In this document: positions 49,293 to 59,324 of the stretch, in pieces
How positions within the stretch are numbered: position 1 is the stretch's first letter
How the letters are laid out: each line of letters opens with the position of its first letter
Origin: Polyangiales bacterium
GTDB lineage: Bacteria > Myxococcota_A > Polyangia > Polyangiales > Ga0077539
Assembly: GCA_044229975.1 (NCBI GenBank)
Contig: JBGARZ010000003.1
Span: forward strand, 416,001 to 480,000
DNA length: 64,000 nucleotides
Direction: 5' to 3'
Notes under the pieces: generated by a model
What the model was told of the DNA's origin: nothing
The model's input: the letters and a program-made list of their open reading frames with translations, nothing else
Database searches by the model: none
Made by a program: the position numbers and the translations under genes

Positions 49293-51133
49293 GGCCCGAC
49301 GCTCCCGAGCGCGACCGCGACCCACCAGGCGACGCGTGCGATGAGCGGGAGGGTCGGCGCCGACTGGTCGACGGCGAGGCGGGCGTTGTCGAGGCGACGC
49401 AGCTCCAGCGGGAGCGTCTCTTCCGGGTCGACGCTCACCGAGCGCAGCGCGGCCGAGCCCTCGTAGGGCACGACGGTGAGCGCCCGGTCGTTGGCGATGC
49501 GAACCACCGACCGCCGCCCCTGCACATCGACGAACGCGACGTTGACCGGCAGGTCGAAGGGCCCTTCGCGATCGATGATGGCGTGGCCGCGCCAACGACC
49601 GTCGGGATCACGCGCGCTGACGGCCGCGGTGACCGCGAGGTTGTAGCGCCACGGCGTCGAGAGGGCGGTGCGCGCGAAGGACTCCCACGAGGCGCCGAGG
49701 CGCTCACGCACGACGGCGTAGAAGACCTCGGGCGTGGGATGCGTGTAGCGGGCGCGGTCGACGTACGCGCGGAGGGTCTCGGTGAAGAGGCGCGTTCCGA
49801 GGCGGCGCTCCATGGTGCGAAGGACGATGGCCGCGCGCGGGTAGACGTGCTCGCCGTAGCGACCGAAGGAGGGGTACTCGTCGGCGCCGAGGTCGACCGG
49901 GAGCGCATGGGCGATACCCGCCGAGCCGAGGGCTTCGAGGGTCCAGGTGTCGAAGCGCGGGCCGAGGAGCGGGAGGTCGAGGAGCGGGCCGCCGCGACCG
50001 TAGAGGTCTTCCATCAGCCGCGCCGTGGCGTACTCGCAGAAGCCCTCATCGAGGAAGGGATGGCGGTGCTCGTTGGAGGCCACCATCCCGTAGAAATACT
50101 GGTGCCCGAACTCGTGGATCGTGACGTACTCGACGTCGCGCATGCGCCGCGGCGCCCACCACATCGCGCCGGTGGTGATGAGCGTCGGGTACTCCATTCC
50201 CCCGGTCGCTTCGCCGCCCTGCGGCGGAAGGACGACGGTGAGCACTGGGTACGGGTACGCCCCGAAGCGTCGCTCGAAGGCCGGGAGGGCGCCCGCCATC
50301 AGGTCGAGCGTACGCACCGCCGCCCGCTCGTCGCCCGGCGCGTGGAGCACCGTCACGGTGACGCCGCGGAGGTCACGCTCGGCGCGGCGGAAGTGATCCC
50401 ACGCGGTGAAGGCGAAGTCGTGGACCCCTTCGATGACGTGCCGCTCTTCCATGAGCCCGTCGACGAGCGCGGGCCCTTCGGTGCGCGGTCCCGTGGCGCC
50501 GACGACGTAGCCGCGCGGGTAGCGCAGGCGCACGTCGTAGCGGCCGAAGTCGGCGTAGAACTCGCTGTGGGCGTGGAAGGGGAAGTGCGCCCAGGTGCCA
50601 TCGCGCTCCAGCACGGCGACCTTGGGAAACCACTGCGCCACGAGGTGATACGAGCCGTTGTAGCCGGTGCGGGCGACGGTCTCGGGGAGCGTCGCCGTGA
50701 AGCGCACCGCGAGCGTGATGGACTCACCCGGCGCGACCGAGCGCGGGAGCGTCACATGGAGCTGCGAGGTGTCACCGGGCACCGCGGGGTCGGCGGTGGC
50801 GGTGGCGAGCAGGTCGGTGTCGCCCTCGCGCAGCGACTCGATGACGAGGCGGCCCCAGTGCGGCGGATGGGCAGCCCAGGCGTCGGGCGGGCTCGTCCGC
50901 ATGAAGAGGGTGCGCGGGCCCGAGAACGCGTTGAGGTACTGGTGCAGCCAGAGCTCGGAGACGGCCGCGGTGGAGGGGTTGGTCCAGCGGATGGTTCCGT
51001 CGGCGCGAACGGTGTGACGGGCGGGGTCGAGGGTGGCGGTGAGCGTGTAGTCGGCCACCCGCGGCGCGGTCTGCGCGGACGCCGTCAGCGGGAGGAGCAG
51101 GGACGCGACGCCCGCCGCGCGCGCGAAGTTCAT
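49289..51133 (-). CDS. M1-family zinc aminopeptidase (exported)
   Basis: Signal peptide, GGMEYP, HEFGH-x18-E (FLDEG), QWFPK. Confidence 0.92.
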   Translation of the reverse strand: MNFARAAGVASLLLPLTASAQTAPRVADYTLTATLDPARHTVRADGTIRWTNPSTAAVSELWLHQYLNAFSGPRTLFMRTSPPDAWAAHPPHWGRLVIESLREGDTDLLATATADPAVPGDTSQLHVTLPRSVAPGESITLAVRFTATLPETVARTGYNGSYHLVAQWFPKVAVLERDGTWAHFPFHAHSEFYADFGRYDVRLRYPRGYVVGATGPRTEGPALVDGLMEERHVIEGVHDFAFTAWDHFRRAERDLRGVTVTVLHAPGDERAAVRTLDLMAGALPAFERRFGAYPYPVLTVVLPPQGGEATGGMEYPTLITTGAMWWAPRRMRDVEYVTIHEFGHQYFYGMVASNEHRHPFLDEGFCEYATARLMEDLYGRGGPLLDLPLLGPRFDTWTLEALGSAGIAHALPVDLGADEYPSFGRYGEHVYPRAAIVLRTMERRLGTRLFTETLRAYVDRARYTHPTPEVFYAVVRERLGASWESFARTALSTPWRYNLAVTAAVSARDPDGRWRGHAIIDREGPFDLPVNVAFVDVQGRRSVVRIANDRALTVVPYEGSAALRSVSVDPEETLPLELRRLDNARLAVDQSAPTLPLIARVAWWVAVALGSVGP

Positions 51134-51182
51134 GGGGCCCGGACGATACCACCGACGACGCGCGGGCCGTCGAGCGGGGATT

Positions 51183-51671
51183 TCAGTCGTGCCCGGCGCC
51201 GCCGTCGTGGGGAGTGCACTCGGCGATGCACTCGGCCTCGCGCGCGGCGCACATCGCGGCGTTGTTGGCGTGCCCGAGGAGATGGCACGCCTCGCCGACG
51301 GTCGTCGTCGACGCGTGGCAGAGGGAGCCGAGCCGTTGGCAGAGCGTTCCAGCGTCGGCCGCGCCGGAGTCGGTGTCGGGCGCGTCGGTGGTGCTCGCGT
51401 CGGGAGTGCCAGCATCGACGGTTCCGGCGTCGGTGATCACGGGACAGGCGGCGAGACACTCGGCCTGGCGGGCAAGGCACACTGTCGGGTTGTTGGCGTG
51501 GCCGTAGCGGTGACAGTCCGACCCGACCTGCGAAACGCTCTCGTACTCGTGGCAGCGCTCACCGATGAGCGTGCACGCGGCGAGGCCCGCGGCGGTGTTG
51601 GTCGACGAGTCGTCCGAGCAGGCGACGAGCACGGTCACCAGGAACATTCCGAGGAGCTTCTTCACGGTCAT
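51183..51671 (-). CDS. Cys/His-rich lipoprotein with a duplicated domain of about 43 aa
   Basis: Lipobox LVAC; two copies of C..CH..CH..GHANN...C.AR.AEC.A.C separated by a DAG linker. Confidence 0.75.
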   Translation of the reverse strand: MTVKKLLGMFLVTVLVACSDDSSTNTAAGLAACTLIGERCHEYESVSQVGSDCHRYGHANNPTVCLARQAECLAACPVITDAGTVDAGTPDASTTDAPDTDSGAADAGTLCQRLGSLCHASTTTVGEACHLLGHANNAAMCAAREAECIAECTPHDGGAGHD

Positions 51672-51700
51672 TCTCCAGAGGGCATTGCGGGCACCGGGGA

Positions 51701-52576
51701 CTAGCGGCTCCAGACGAGCGAGACGCCTGCGCGAAACTGCGTGGTGACGTTGCGATCGAGGCCGGGAATCGGCACGTCGGTGCTGACGGAGAGCATGGAG
51801 CGGAGGTGCTCCGTCCAGCGGGCGCTCGCCCCCATCGCGAGGAGCGTGCGGCGCGTGTCGCTGCCCTCCACCGACTGCCCGCGCTCGGTCGCCTCTCCCT
51901 CGATCACCTCCGAGAGGGCGACCGTCCATCCAAAGCGCGCCGTCGTCTGGTGCGCCACCGCGACGCCGGCCATCCAGCGAACACCCGGCCGCACGTCACC
52001 GAGCGGCGCGACCCTCACGCCGACCTCGGAGAGCGCGAGCAGGGTCAGCGGCTCCGACACACGCCATCGCAGTTCGGCGCCGAGCGATGGCTCCCACGCG
52101 CCGAGCCCGAGCCCCGTCACGGCCGCGAGCGACCCGTTGCCCGTGCTCCCGGTCGGCGCCCGCAATCCGCCCCACAGCCCCAGCTGCGGAACAACCCTCC
52201 GCAGCGGCGCCGCCGCCTCCCAGCGCGCGCGCACCGAGAGGTCACCCGCCGTCGCTCCTGCGCTCGACGCACCGGGCAGCGTCACGGCCGTGTACGCCGC
52301 GCTCCACTGCGCGGCGAGCTCCAGCGAGGGGATCACCCGCCACGCCGCCGCGAGGTCGAGCAGCGCGCGGTGGGTCGCCACGCCCGGCGGCGTCGACCAC
52401 GCGCGACCCTGCGTATCGACAGAGCCCAGCTCCTCCTGCCACGAGAGCGTCGCCGCCCACGCCACGGTCTCGGCCGGCTGTGTCCACGGCGCGACCGGTC
52501 CGAGCGAAGCGCCGCACGGGCAGGCCATGGCCGACCCGGACGCGAGGCCCACCGAGAGCAGCACCGCGAGGCGCAT
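51701..52576 (-). CDS. Putative outer-membrane beta-barrel channel with N-terminal CxC
   Basis: Signal peptide then ACPCG, GDL, L.APTG, GLG.W, alternating beta pattern, aromatic near the C-terminus. Confidence 0.65.
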   Translation of the reverse strand: MRLAVLLSVGLASGSAMACPCGASLGPVAPWTQPAETVAWAATLSWQEELGSVDTQGRAWSTPPGVATHRALLDLAAAWRVIPSLELAAQWSAAYTAVTLPGASSAGATAGDLSVRARWEAAAPLRRVVPQLGLWGGLRAPTGSTGNGSLAAVTGLGLGAWEPSLGAELRWRVSEPLTLLALSEVGVRVAPLGDVRPGVRWMAGVAVAHQTTARFGWTVALSEVIEGEATERGQSVEGSDTRRTLLAMGASARWTEHLRSMLSVSTDVPIPGLDRNVTTQFRAGVSLVWSR

Positions 52577-52977
52577 CAGCGGAGAACGGGAGAGAGCAAC
52601 ACCTGGTCGCGCTCGCCGGGGCGGGAGAGCTGGAGGGTGATTTCCCAGCGGCCCGGCATGGTGAGGAGCAGGTCGCTCACGCGGCACGCGCCGTCGGCGC
52701 AGTCGATGCGCGGCGGATCGAAGCCGTGGTCGTGGCCAGGCATGCGAGCCGTGACACCGACGACCGAGGCGGGGCTCCCGCCGGCGTCGGTGGCCCGCAC
52801 CACGAAGCTGTTGCTGCCGCGGCGAAACATCCCGTCGTCGTGTGCGATGTCGAGCGCGAAGGTGCCCCGCTCGGAAGCCGTCGGGAGGGCGTCGTCGGGC
52901 AGCGGGCCAGGGTCGCCACAACCCGTCAGGGCGGCGATGAGCATCAGCGAAAGGAGTCGGGCCACCGCGGGGAGCAT
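52576..52977 (-). CDS. FixH/YtkA-like metal-binding lipoprotein
   Basis: Lipobox LTGC, MPGHDHG, MPGRWEI. Confidence 0.75.
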   Translation of the reverse strand: MLPAVARLLSLMLIAALTGCGDPGPLPDDALPTASERGTFALDIAHDDGMFRRGSNSFVVRATDAGGSPASVVGVTARMPGHDHGFDPPRIDCADGACRVSDLLLTMPGRWEITLQLSRPGERDQVLLSPVLR

Positions 52978-53096
52978 TGTTTCGGGGCGGACCATGCGAC
53001 CTCGCGCCCGTCGGCTCAAGTGCGCGCGCTGCGGCATGATGTCGCACGCGCAAACCCCTATCGGGCAAGGCGATCGTGGTAGCGATCGAGGGACCG

Positions 53097-53645
53097 ATGG
53101 CGCCCTCCGCCGAGCCCCGCGCGATGCTTCTCTGCGACGACGACCTCCCATTTCGCGCGGCGCTGGGCGCGGCCTTCACCCGGCGCGGCTGGATGGTCCA
53201 CCTCGCGGGCTCTGGGGAAGAGGCCCTCGCCGTGGCCGCGCAGGCCCACCTCACGCGCGCCGTCATCGACCTGCGGATGCCGTCCATGTCGGGGCTGGAC
53301 CTCTTGCGCGAGCTGCTGCGCCGGCAGCCCACGCTCCAGGTGGTGGTGCTCACGGGGTACGGCTCCATCCCGACGGCCATCGAGGCGGTGAAGCGCGGCG
53401 CGGTGAACTACCTCACCAAGCCGGCCGAGCCCGCGGAGATCGACGCGGCCTTCGACGAGCACCCCGACGAGCCCGACGCCCCGGGGCCCGACGTCTCCGT
53501 GCCCTCCCTCGATCGCGCGCAGTGGGAGCACCTCCAGCGTGTTCTCACCGACACCCAGGGCAACATCTCCGAGGCCGCGCGCCGGCTCGGGATGCACCGC
53601 CGCTCGCTGCAACGGAAGCTCCAGAAGCTCCCCCCGCGGCGGTAG
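53097..53645 (+). CDS. RegA/PrrA-family response regulator
   Basis: DDD, DLRM, LTGYGSI.TA, YLTKP, WEHLQRVL....GNISEAARRLGMHRRSLQRKL. Confidence 0.93.
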   Translation: MAPSAEPRAMLLCDDDLPFRAALGAAFTRRGWMVHLAGSGEEALAVAAQAHLTRAVIDLRMPSMSGLDLLRELLRRQPTLQVVVLTGYGSIPTAIEAVKRGAVNYLTKPAEPAEIDAAFDEHPDEPDAPGPDVSVPSLDRAQWEHLQRVLTDTQGNISEAARRLGMHRRSLQRKLQKLPPRR

Positions 53646-53654
53646 CTTCGCGCC

Positions 53655-54914
53655 ATGAACGACCACGCGGCACCCCTCGACGCCCGGTGGCTGGTGCGCC
53701 TCCGCTGGGCCGCCATCGCCGCGCAGGTGGCCAGCATCGCAGGCACCCGCTACCTCCTGCACGCGCCCTTTCCCATGGGGCCGCTGATCGGCATCGTCGG
53801 GGCGCTGGTGGTGGTCAACCTCGTGCTCTCGCTTCGCCTGAGGCGCGGCGGGGCGCTGCCCGATGCCGTCATCGCGGGCAACCTCATGCTCGACGCCGCG
53901 GGCCTCACCGCGCTGCTCATCTTCACCGGCGGCGCGATGAACCCCTTCACCACGCTCTACCTTCTCCAGGTGGCCATCGCGGGGATCATGGTTCCGCGGC
54001 GGTGGAGCCTCGCGGTGACGGTGGGCGCAGTGGCCGCTTTCGGGGGGCTGCTCCTCGCGAGGCCCGAGGCCATCCATGTGTGGCACTCGGCGGGGATGTT
54101 CGAGCTGCACGTCAACGGGATGTGGCTCGCCTTCGCGCTGACGGCGGGCGCCCTGTGGTACTTCGTCGACCGCGTGTCCGAGTCGCTGCGCCGGCGCGAG
54201 TCCGAGCTCACCCGCGCGCGCCTCGACCGCGAGCGCGCCGTCCGCCAGAGCGCCCTCGGTACCGTCGCCGCCGGGGCCGCCCACGAGCTCAACACCCCGC
54301 TCGGCACCGTGGCCATCCTCGCCTCGGAGCTCTCGGAGATTCTTTCTGAGTTGCCCGAAGCGAAGGCGCAGGCCGATCGCATCCGCGAGGAGGTGCGCCG
54401 CTGCAAGGCCATCCTCGGCCGCATGCGCCGCCCCGCCGAGGCCGGAGCGGGCGAGCGCGAGACCGTCGTCGTGGTCCGCTGGCTGCGCGCGTTGGTGGAG
54501 CAGTGGTCGGCCGGAGAGAGTGGGTTTCCCGTCACCCTCGACCTCGGCGCGGAGGGCGCCGAGCGCGCCATCGACACCGAGGCGATGCGCCAGGCCGTGG
54601 TGAGCCTGCTCGACAACGCGCGCCACGCCACCGAGGCCGCCGATCGACGCGACCCCATCGTGGTCTCGCTCGCGGCGGACTCCACCGGGTCGCTCACGTT
54701 GCGCGTCGTCGACCGCGGCGTAGGCATCACCGCCGAAGACCTCGCCCACGTCGGCGAGCCCTTCTTCTCCACGCGCGAACCCGGCCAGGGCATGGGCCTC
54801 GGCGTCTACCTCGCGCAGGGCACCGCCGCCCTCCACGGCGGCGCGCTCACGCTCGGCTCCGACCCGACCGGAACCACCGCCACCCTCACCCTGCCGCCAT
54901 CGGGAGACACTTGA
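53655..54914 (+). CDS. RegB/PrrB-family sensor histidine kinase
   Basis: LRW, GGAMNPF, AAHELNTPL, DNA, DRGVG, EPFFSTR, GMGLG. Confidence 0.92.
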   Translation: MNDHAAPLDARWLVRLRWAAIAAQVASIAGTRYLLHAPFPMGPLIGIVGALVVVNLVLSLRLRRGGALPDAVIAGNLMLDAAGLTALLIFTGGAMNPFTTLYLLQVAIAGIMVPRRWSLAVTVGAVAAFGGLLLARPEAIHVWHSAGMFELHVNGMWLAFALTAGALWYFVDRVSESLRRRESELTRARLDRERAVRQSALGTVAAGAAHELNTPLGTVAILASELSEILSELPEAKAQADRIREEVRRCKAILGRMRRPAEAGAGERETVVVVRWLRALVEQWSAGESGFPVTLDLGAEGAERAIDTEAMRQAVVSLLDNARHATEAADRRDPIVVSLAADSTGSLTLRVVDRGVGITAEDLAHVGEPFFSTREPGQGMGLGVYLAQGTAALHGGALTLGSDPTGTTATLTLPPSGDT

Positions 54915-54945
54915 AGCACAGACCCAATCGCACGCCACAGTCTAT

Positions 54946-54960
54946 TGCAATGCTGTTGCA
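54946..54960. promoter_or_regulatory. Palindromic TGCAA-N5-TTGCA candidate Zur/Fur-family operator
   Basis: TGCAATGCTGTTGCA in an AT-richer gap, 21 bp before the TonB receptor ATG. Confidence 0.65.
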
Positions 54961-54981
54961 TCAACTGTATACGTCGGGCGG

Positions 54982-57261
54982 ATGGACGGCGGGTTCAGCG
55001 GTCGGAGGCGGTACGTAACAGGGCGAGCGATCGCCGCGTGCCTCTGTGCGAGCGCCACGGCCTCCGCCCAGACGCCACCGGCCGAACCCGCGGCGACGTC
55101 TTCCGAGCCCCCGGCCCTCGCCACCCCGCCGGTCACGGTCGAAGCCCCACCTGCGGATGGCGGAGCGGGCGAGGCGGTGGTCATCGGGCGAGGCCAGCCA
55201 CCGCGCGGTGCCGGTGACGTCAACATCACCCTCGGAGCGCTCTCGCAGGTGCCCCGTTCGAGCGCGGGCGACATCCTGCGATTGGCGCCGGGGATGTTCC
55301 TGTCCAACGGGCTCGGCGAGGGTCACGCCGACCAGGTGTTTCTGCGCGGCTTCGACGCGCGCAGCGGGCAAGACCTGGAGTTCACCGTCAACGGCGTCCC
55401 CATCAACGAGCCCGCGCATCCGCACGGCCAGGGCTACGCCGACACGCACTTCCTCATCCCCGAGCTCGTCGAGTCGGTGCGCGTGCTCGAAGGCCCCTTC
55501 GACCCGCGGCAGGGCGACTTCGCCGTCGCCGGGTCGGCCCAGTACACCCTCCGCCTCCCCGCGCGCGGCGCGCACATCCAGTACCGCTTCGGGTCCTTCA
55601 ACACGCACCGCGCGCTCGCGATCTGGGGGCCCGACGGCGAGAGCGCGGGCACCTTCGGCGGCGTCGAGCTCGGCACCAGCGACGGCTACGGGCAAAACCG
55701 CAGCTTCGAGCGCGCCACCGCCAACGCGCAGTACGAGGGCCACTCGGGGTCGCTCACCTGGCGGGTGCTGCTGGCCTCCTACGGCATCCGCTACCGCTCG
55801 GCGGGCGTCATTCGCGAGGACGACTACCGCGCCGGTCGCATCGGCTACTACGACACCTACGACCCGACGCAGGGCAGCGAGGTGTCGCGCCACCTCGTGT
55901 CCGCCGAGCTCGAAAGCACGCGCACCGCGGCGGTGCTGCGGGCGCAGGTGTGGGGCTCGCTACGCAGCTTCCGCCTGCGCGAGAACTTCACCGGCTCGCT
56001 GCTCGATGTGCAGCAGGCGTGGCAGTCGCCGCACGCCCAGCGCGGCGACGCCATCGACCAGTCGGCCTCCACCCTCGACGTCGGGATGCGCGCCTCGGCC
56101 CGCCTCCGCACGACGTGGCGCACGCGTGTGCAGTCGCTGGAGTTCGGCGCCTACGGTCGGCACAACGCCGTCGACAGCGCCCAGCAGCGGCTGCGCTCGA
56201 CCACCAACGTCCCCTACCTCACCGACTACAGCCTCGGTAACAGCGTCTCCAACCTCGCGCTCTACGCCGACGCCGAGTTTCGCCCGTGGAGCTGGCTCGT
56301 GGTGCGCGGCGGCGTGCGCGCCGACCTCTTCCAGTACGACGTGCTCGACCGCTGCGCCGTCCACGGCGTCGTGGTGCGCGGCGCGCCGCTCGACACCGAG
56401 TGCCTCTCGGCCGACCGCGCGGGCTACCGCAGCCCCACCGAGCGGCGCACCTCCGGCGGCGTCGCGTGGCAGCCGCGCGGCTCCGTCTTCGTCGGCCCGT
56501 GGAAGGGCTTCACCGTCGCGATGAGCGCGGGCCTCGGCGCCCGATCAGCCGACCCGGTGTACCTCGGCAACGACCAGCAGTTGCCGTTCAGCCCCATCAC
56601 GGCGCTGGAGGGCGGCGTGGTCTTCAACCGTCGCCTCGGGCCCTTCGCCCTCAACGCCCGCGCGCTCTACTACCGCACGCACGTCGGGCAGGACCTCATC
56701 TTCAACGAGGCCGAGGGCCGCAACTCCCTCGCCTCGGGCACCACCCGCCAGGGCGCCCTCATGGCCGCGCGCGCGACCAGCACGCAGTTCGACCTCGCGG
56801 CGCACGTGACCTTCGCGCGGGCGACCTTCGACGACGACGGATACCTGGTGCCGTATGTTCCGTCGTGGGTGGCGCGCTTCGACGGGGCCTGGCATCGGCC
56901 GCTCCCGTGGCGCATCCGCGGCCGCGCCATCACCGCCACGGCGGGCGTCGGCGTGTCCTACGTCTCACCGCGCCCGCTGCCCTACTCCGAGCAGGGCGAG
57001 TCCATCTTCACCGTCGACGCGCAGGTCGGCGCGCGCTGGGCCTACTTCGAGCTCGGCTTCGCCGCGTCCAACCTCTTCGACGCTCGCTACGCCTGGGGTC
57101 AGTACAACTTCGCCAGCGACTTCGGCGGCCGCGACTTCCCCACGCTCGTCCCCGCCCGCCACTTCACGCCCGGGCCACCGCGACAGCTCTTCGTCACCTT
57201 CACCCTCCACCTCGGCGCCGAAGCCGCGCGCCACGGCGCCCCGACGGAGCCACCCCGATGA
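54982..57261 (+). CDS. TonB-dependent receptor
   Basis: Plug motifs LRGFD, VNGVPIN, HGQGYAD..F.IPELV, GPF...GDFAVAG; C-terminal NLFD..Y, PG.PR. Confidence 0.9.
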   Translation: MDGGFSGRRRYVTGRAIAACLCASATASAQTPPAEPAATSSEPPALATPPVTVEAPPADGGAGEAVVIGRGQPPRGAGDVNITLGALSQVPRSSAGDILRLAPGMFLSNGLGEGHADQVFLRGFDARSGQDLEFTVNGVPINEPAHPHGQGYADTHFLIPELVESVRVLEGPFDPRQGDFAVAGSAQYTLRLPARGAHIQYRFGSFNTHRALAIWGPDGESAGTFGGVELGTSDGYGQNRSFERATANAQYEGHSGSLTWRVLLASYGIRYRSAGVIREDDYRAGRIGYYDTYDPTQGSEVSRHLVSAELESTRTAAVLRAQVWGSLRSFRLRENFTGSLLDVQQAWQSPHAQRGDAIDQSASTLDVGMRASARLRTTWRTRVQSLEFGAYGRHNAVDSAQQRLRSTTNVPYLTDYSLGNSVSNLALYADAEFRPWSWLVVRGGVRADLFQYDVLDRCAVHGVVVRGAPLDTECLSADRAGYRSPTERRTSGGVAWQPRGSVFVGPWKGFTVAMSAGLGARSADPVYLGNDQQLPFSPITALEGGVVFNRRLGPFALNARALYYRTHVGQDLIFNEAEGRNSLASGTTRQGALMAARATSTQFDLAAHVTFARATFDDDGYLVPYVPSWVARFDGAWHRPLPWRIRGRAITATAGVGVSYVSPRPLPYSEQGESIFTVDAQVGARWAYFELGFAASNLFDARYAWGQYNFASDFGGRDFPTLVPARHFTPGPPRQLFVTFTLHLGAEAARHGAPTEPPR

Positions 57262-58043
57262 AGCGACTCGCCCTCGCCCTCGCGTTCACGCTCGCCGCAT
57301 GCGGCGACACCACCGGATCACAGCGCGTGACCTTCGCGGTCGAGGCCGCGGGCCCCGAGCGCGACGCCGCCCAACCGCTCGCCTTCGACAACGACCAGGG
57401 CTGGTCCATCACGCTGAGCGAGGCGCGCGTGGCGCTCGGTCCCGTCTACCTCAACACCATCGCCCCGTTGGAGGGCGGACTCTGGCGACGCCTCGGCGAC
57501 GCGCTGCTCCCGAGCGCCTACGCCCACGGCGGGTCGCACCTCTCGGCGGGCCGCATCGTCGGACAGGTGACCACGCAGGTGGAGGTCGACGTGCTCGCTC
57601 CCGCGATGGTCGCCATCCCCGGCGGCGGTGATGGTGTCGGCGACGCGGCGCTCACCGCGGAGGTCTGGCTCTACAACCGCGACGGCGTGCTGGGCGGCGC
57701 GGCGATGCGCGTGGCGGGCGTGGCGCGACGCGGGGCCGAAGAGGTCACCTTCGAGGGCTCGCTGGTCATCGATCAGGACCTCGTGGCCACCGGCGGAACC
57801 ATCGATGAAGCCCGTCGGGTGCGCGGCATCCCGGCGCCCGTGACGCTCGTCGACGGCGGATCGCTGCGCGTTCGCGTCGACCCGCGCGGGTGGTTCAACG
57901 GAGCGGACTTCAGCGAGCTCGCCCGGGGTACGGCCCGCGACGGCCGCTACCGCTTCTCCAACACGGACAACGTGGGCAGGGCCTTCGCGGCGCACGCCCG
58001 CTCTCGCTCGGCCTTCTCGATCTCCTTCGCTCCGCCGCGCTGA
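57258..58043 (+). CDS. Lipoprotein coupled to the TonB receptor
   Basis: ATGA overlap, lipobox LAAC, AYAHGGSH. Confidence 0.75.
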   Translation: MKRLALALAFTLAACGDTTGSQRVTFAVEAAGPERDAAQPLAFDNDQGWSITLSEARVALGPVYLNTIAPLEGGLWRRLGDALLPSAYAHGGSHLSAGRIVGQVTTQVEVDVLAPAMVAIPGGGDGVGDAALTAEVWLYNRDGVLGGAAMRVAGVARRGAEEVTFEGSLVIDQDLVATGGTIDEARRVRGIPAPVTLVDGGSLRVRVDPRGWFNGADFSELARGTARDGRYRFSNTDNVGRAFAAHARSRSAFSISFAPPR

Positions 58044-58088
58044 CCGCGCGCCACATCTCCGCTGCCTCCTCGAAAGGAACGGTCTTCC

Positions 58089-59324
58089 ATGAAGTCACCC
58101 GTGAAGGGATACGCTCGTCTTTCGTCCATCACGCTCACCCTCGCGGCGATGCTCGGCGCTTGCAGCGATCCGGCGCCCGCGACCAACGACGCCGCCGTCG
58201 CCGATGCGGGCTCCATCTCCGACGTCGTGCTGCCGACGGGTGACGCCGCGGTGCTCCCGCCCTCCTTCGCGACGCCCGTGGCGGCGGCGTTCACGGCGAC
58301 CAACCGCGACCCGCGCACCATCCAGGTGAGCATCTCCACCGAAGACCTCGGGCAGTCGGGCTTCGACTACTCGGCCACACCCGCGAGCGGCGCGGTGGTC
58401 TTCGTCGACGGCTGGGAGGTCCGCTTCTCCCGCATCATCGTCACCGTTGGAAACATCCGCCTCAACCGGCCCGGCTCGACGCCCTCGGACCAGTCGTCCG
58501 TCGGTGCGGCCGTCGCCGCTGTGCCCGGGGTCTTCGCCGTCGACGCGCAGAAGGCTGGGCCCCTCACGGGCGCCGGCGGAGCACCCGAGACCGCCATTCC
58601 CCTCGCCGTGATTCGCGCGCCCTCCGCGGGCGGAACCCTCGACCCGACGGTTCGCTACGCCTTCAGCTACGACGCGGTGCCCGCCTCTCCGAGCGCGACC
58701 AACGTCAACCTCGACGCGTCCGGTGTCGCCCTCTACGAGCAGATGATTCGCCGCGGGTGGACCCAGTACGTGGAGGGCGTCGCGACCTACCGCGGGACCA
58801 CCACCGGACTGCCCGCCGTCTTCGCGGACTACCCCACCGCGGTGACCTTCCGCCTCGGGTGGGCGTCGCCCGCGCAGTACCTCAACTGCAACAACCCCGA
58901 CAACGGCGGCGACGACATGCCCGGCGTCCAACCCTCCGCGAGCAACGCCGCGCGCGCGCAGATCACCTTCCACATGGACCACCTCTTCTGGGGCGCCCTC
59001 GGCGTCGAAGACCCGCCTCCGCACTTCGATCAGTTCGCGGCGCGCTCGCAGCTCGTCGACGGCGTGAGCGTCGTGACCCTCGACGACCTCCAGGGGGTTG
59101 TTCCCACCAACCTCGTCGACCGGATGATGCGCCCGGTGCCCGACCGCGGCGGTCAGACCATGGGCTACACCCCCCGCAACGCGGCCGCCCTCAGCCTTGA
59201 GCTCGGAGGGACTTCGGGCATCCGCGACCTGCGCGACTTCGCGACGTACTCGGCGCGAGCGGGCGGTCACCTCAACGCCGATGGGCTGTGCTTCGTCCGC
59301 CCGTCGGGGGCGATCATGTACTGA
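58089..59324 (+). CDS. Lipoprotein of unknown function (His-containing motifs)
   Basis: Lipobox LGAC, FVDGW, TFHMDHLF, GHLNADGLC. Confidence 0.75.
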   Translation: MKSPVKGYARLSSITLTLAAMLGACSDPAPATNDAAVADAGSISDVVLPTGDAAVLPPSFATPVAAAFTATNRDPRTIQVSISTEDLGQSGFDYSATPASGAVVFVDGWEVRFSRIIVTVGNIRLNRPGSTPSDQSSVGAAVAAVPGVFAVDAQKAGPLTGAGGAPETAIPLAVIRAPSAGGTLDPTVRYAFSYDAVPASPSATNVNLDASGVALYEQMIRRGWTQYVEGVATYRGTTTGLPAVFADYPTAVTFRLGWASPAQYLNCNNPDNGGDDMPGVQPSASNAARAQITFHMDHLFWGALGVEDPPPHFDQFAARSQLVDGVSVVTLDDLQGVVPTNLVDRMMRPVPDRGGQTMGYTPRNAAALSLELGGTSGIRDLRDFATYSARAGGHLNADGLCFVRPSGAIMY

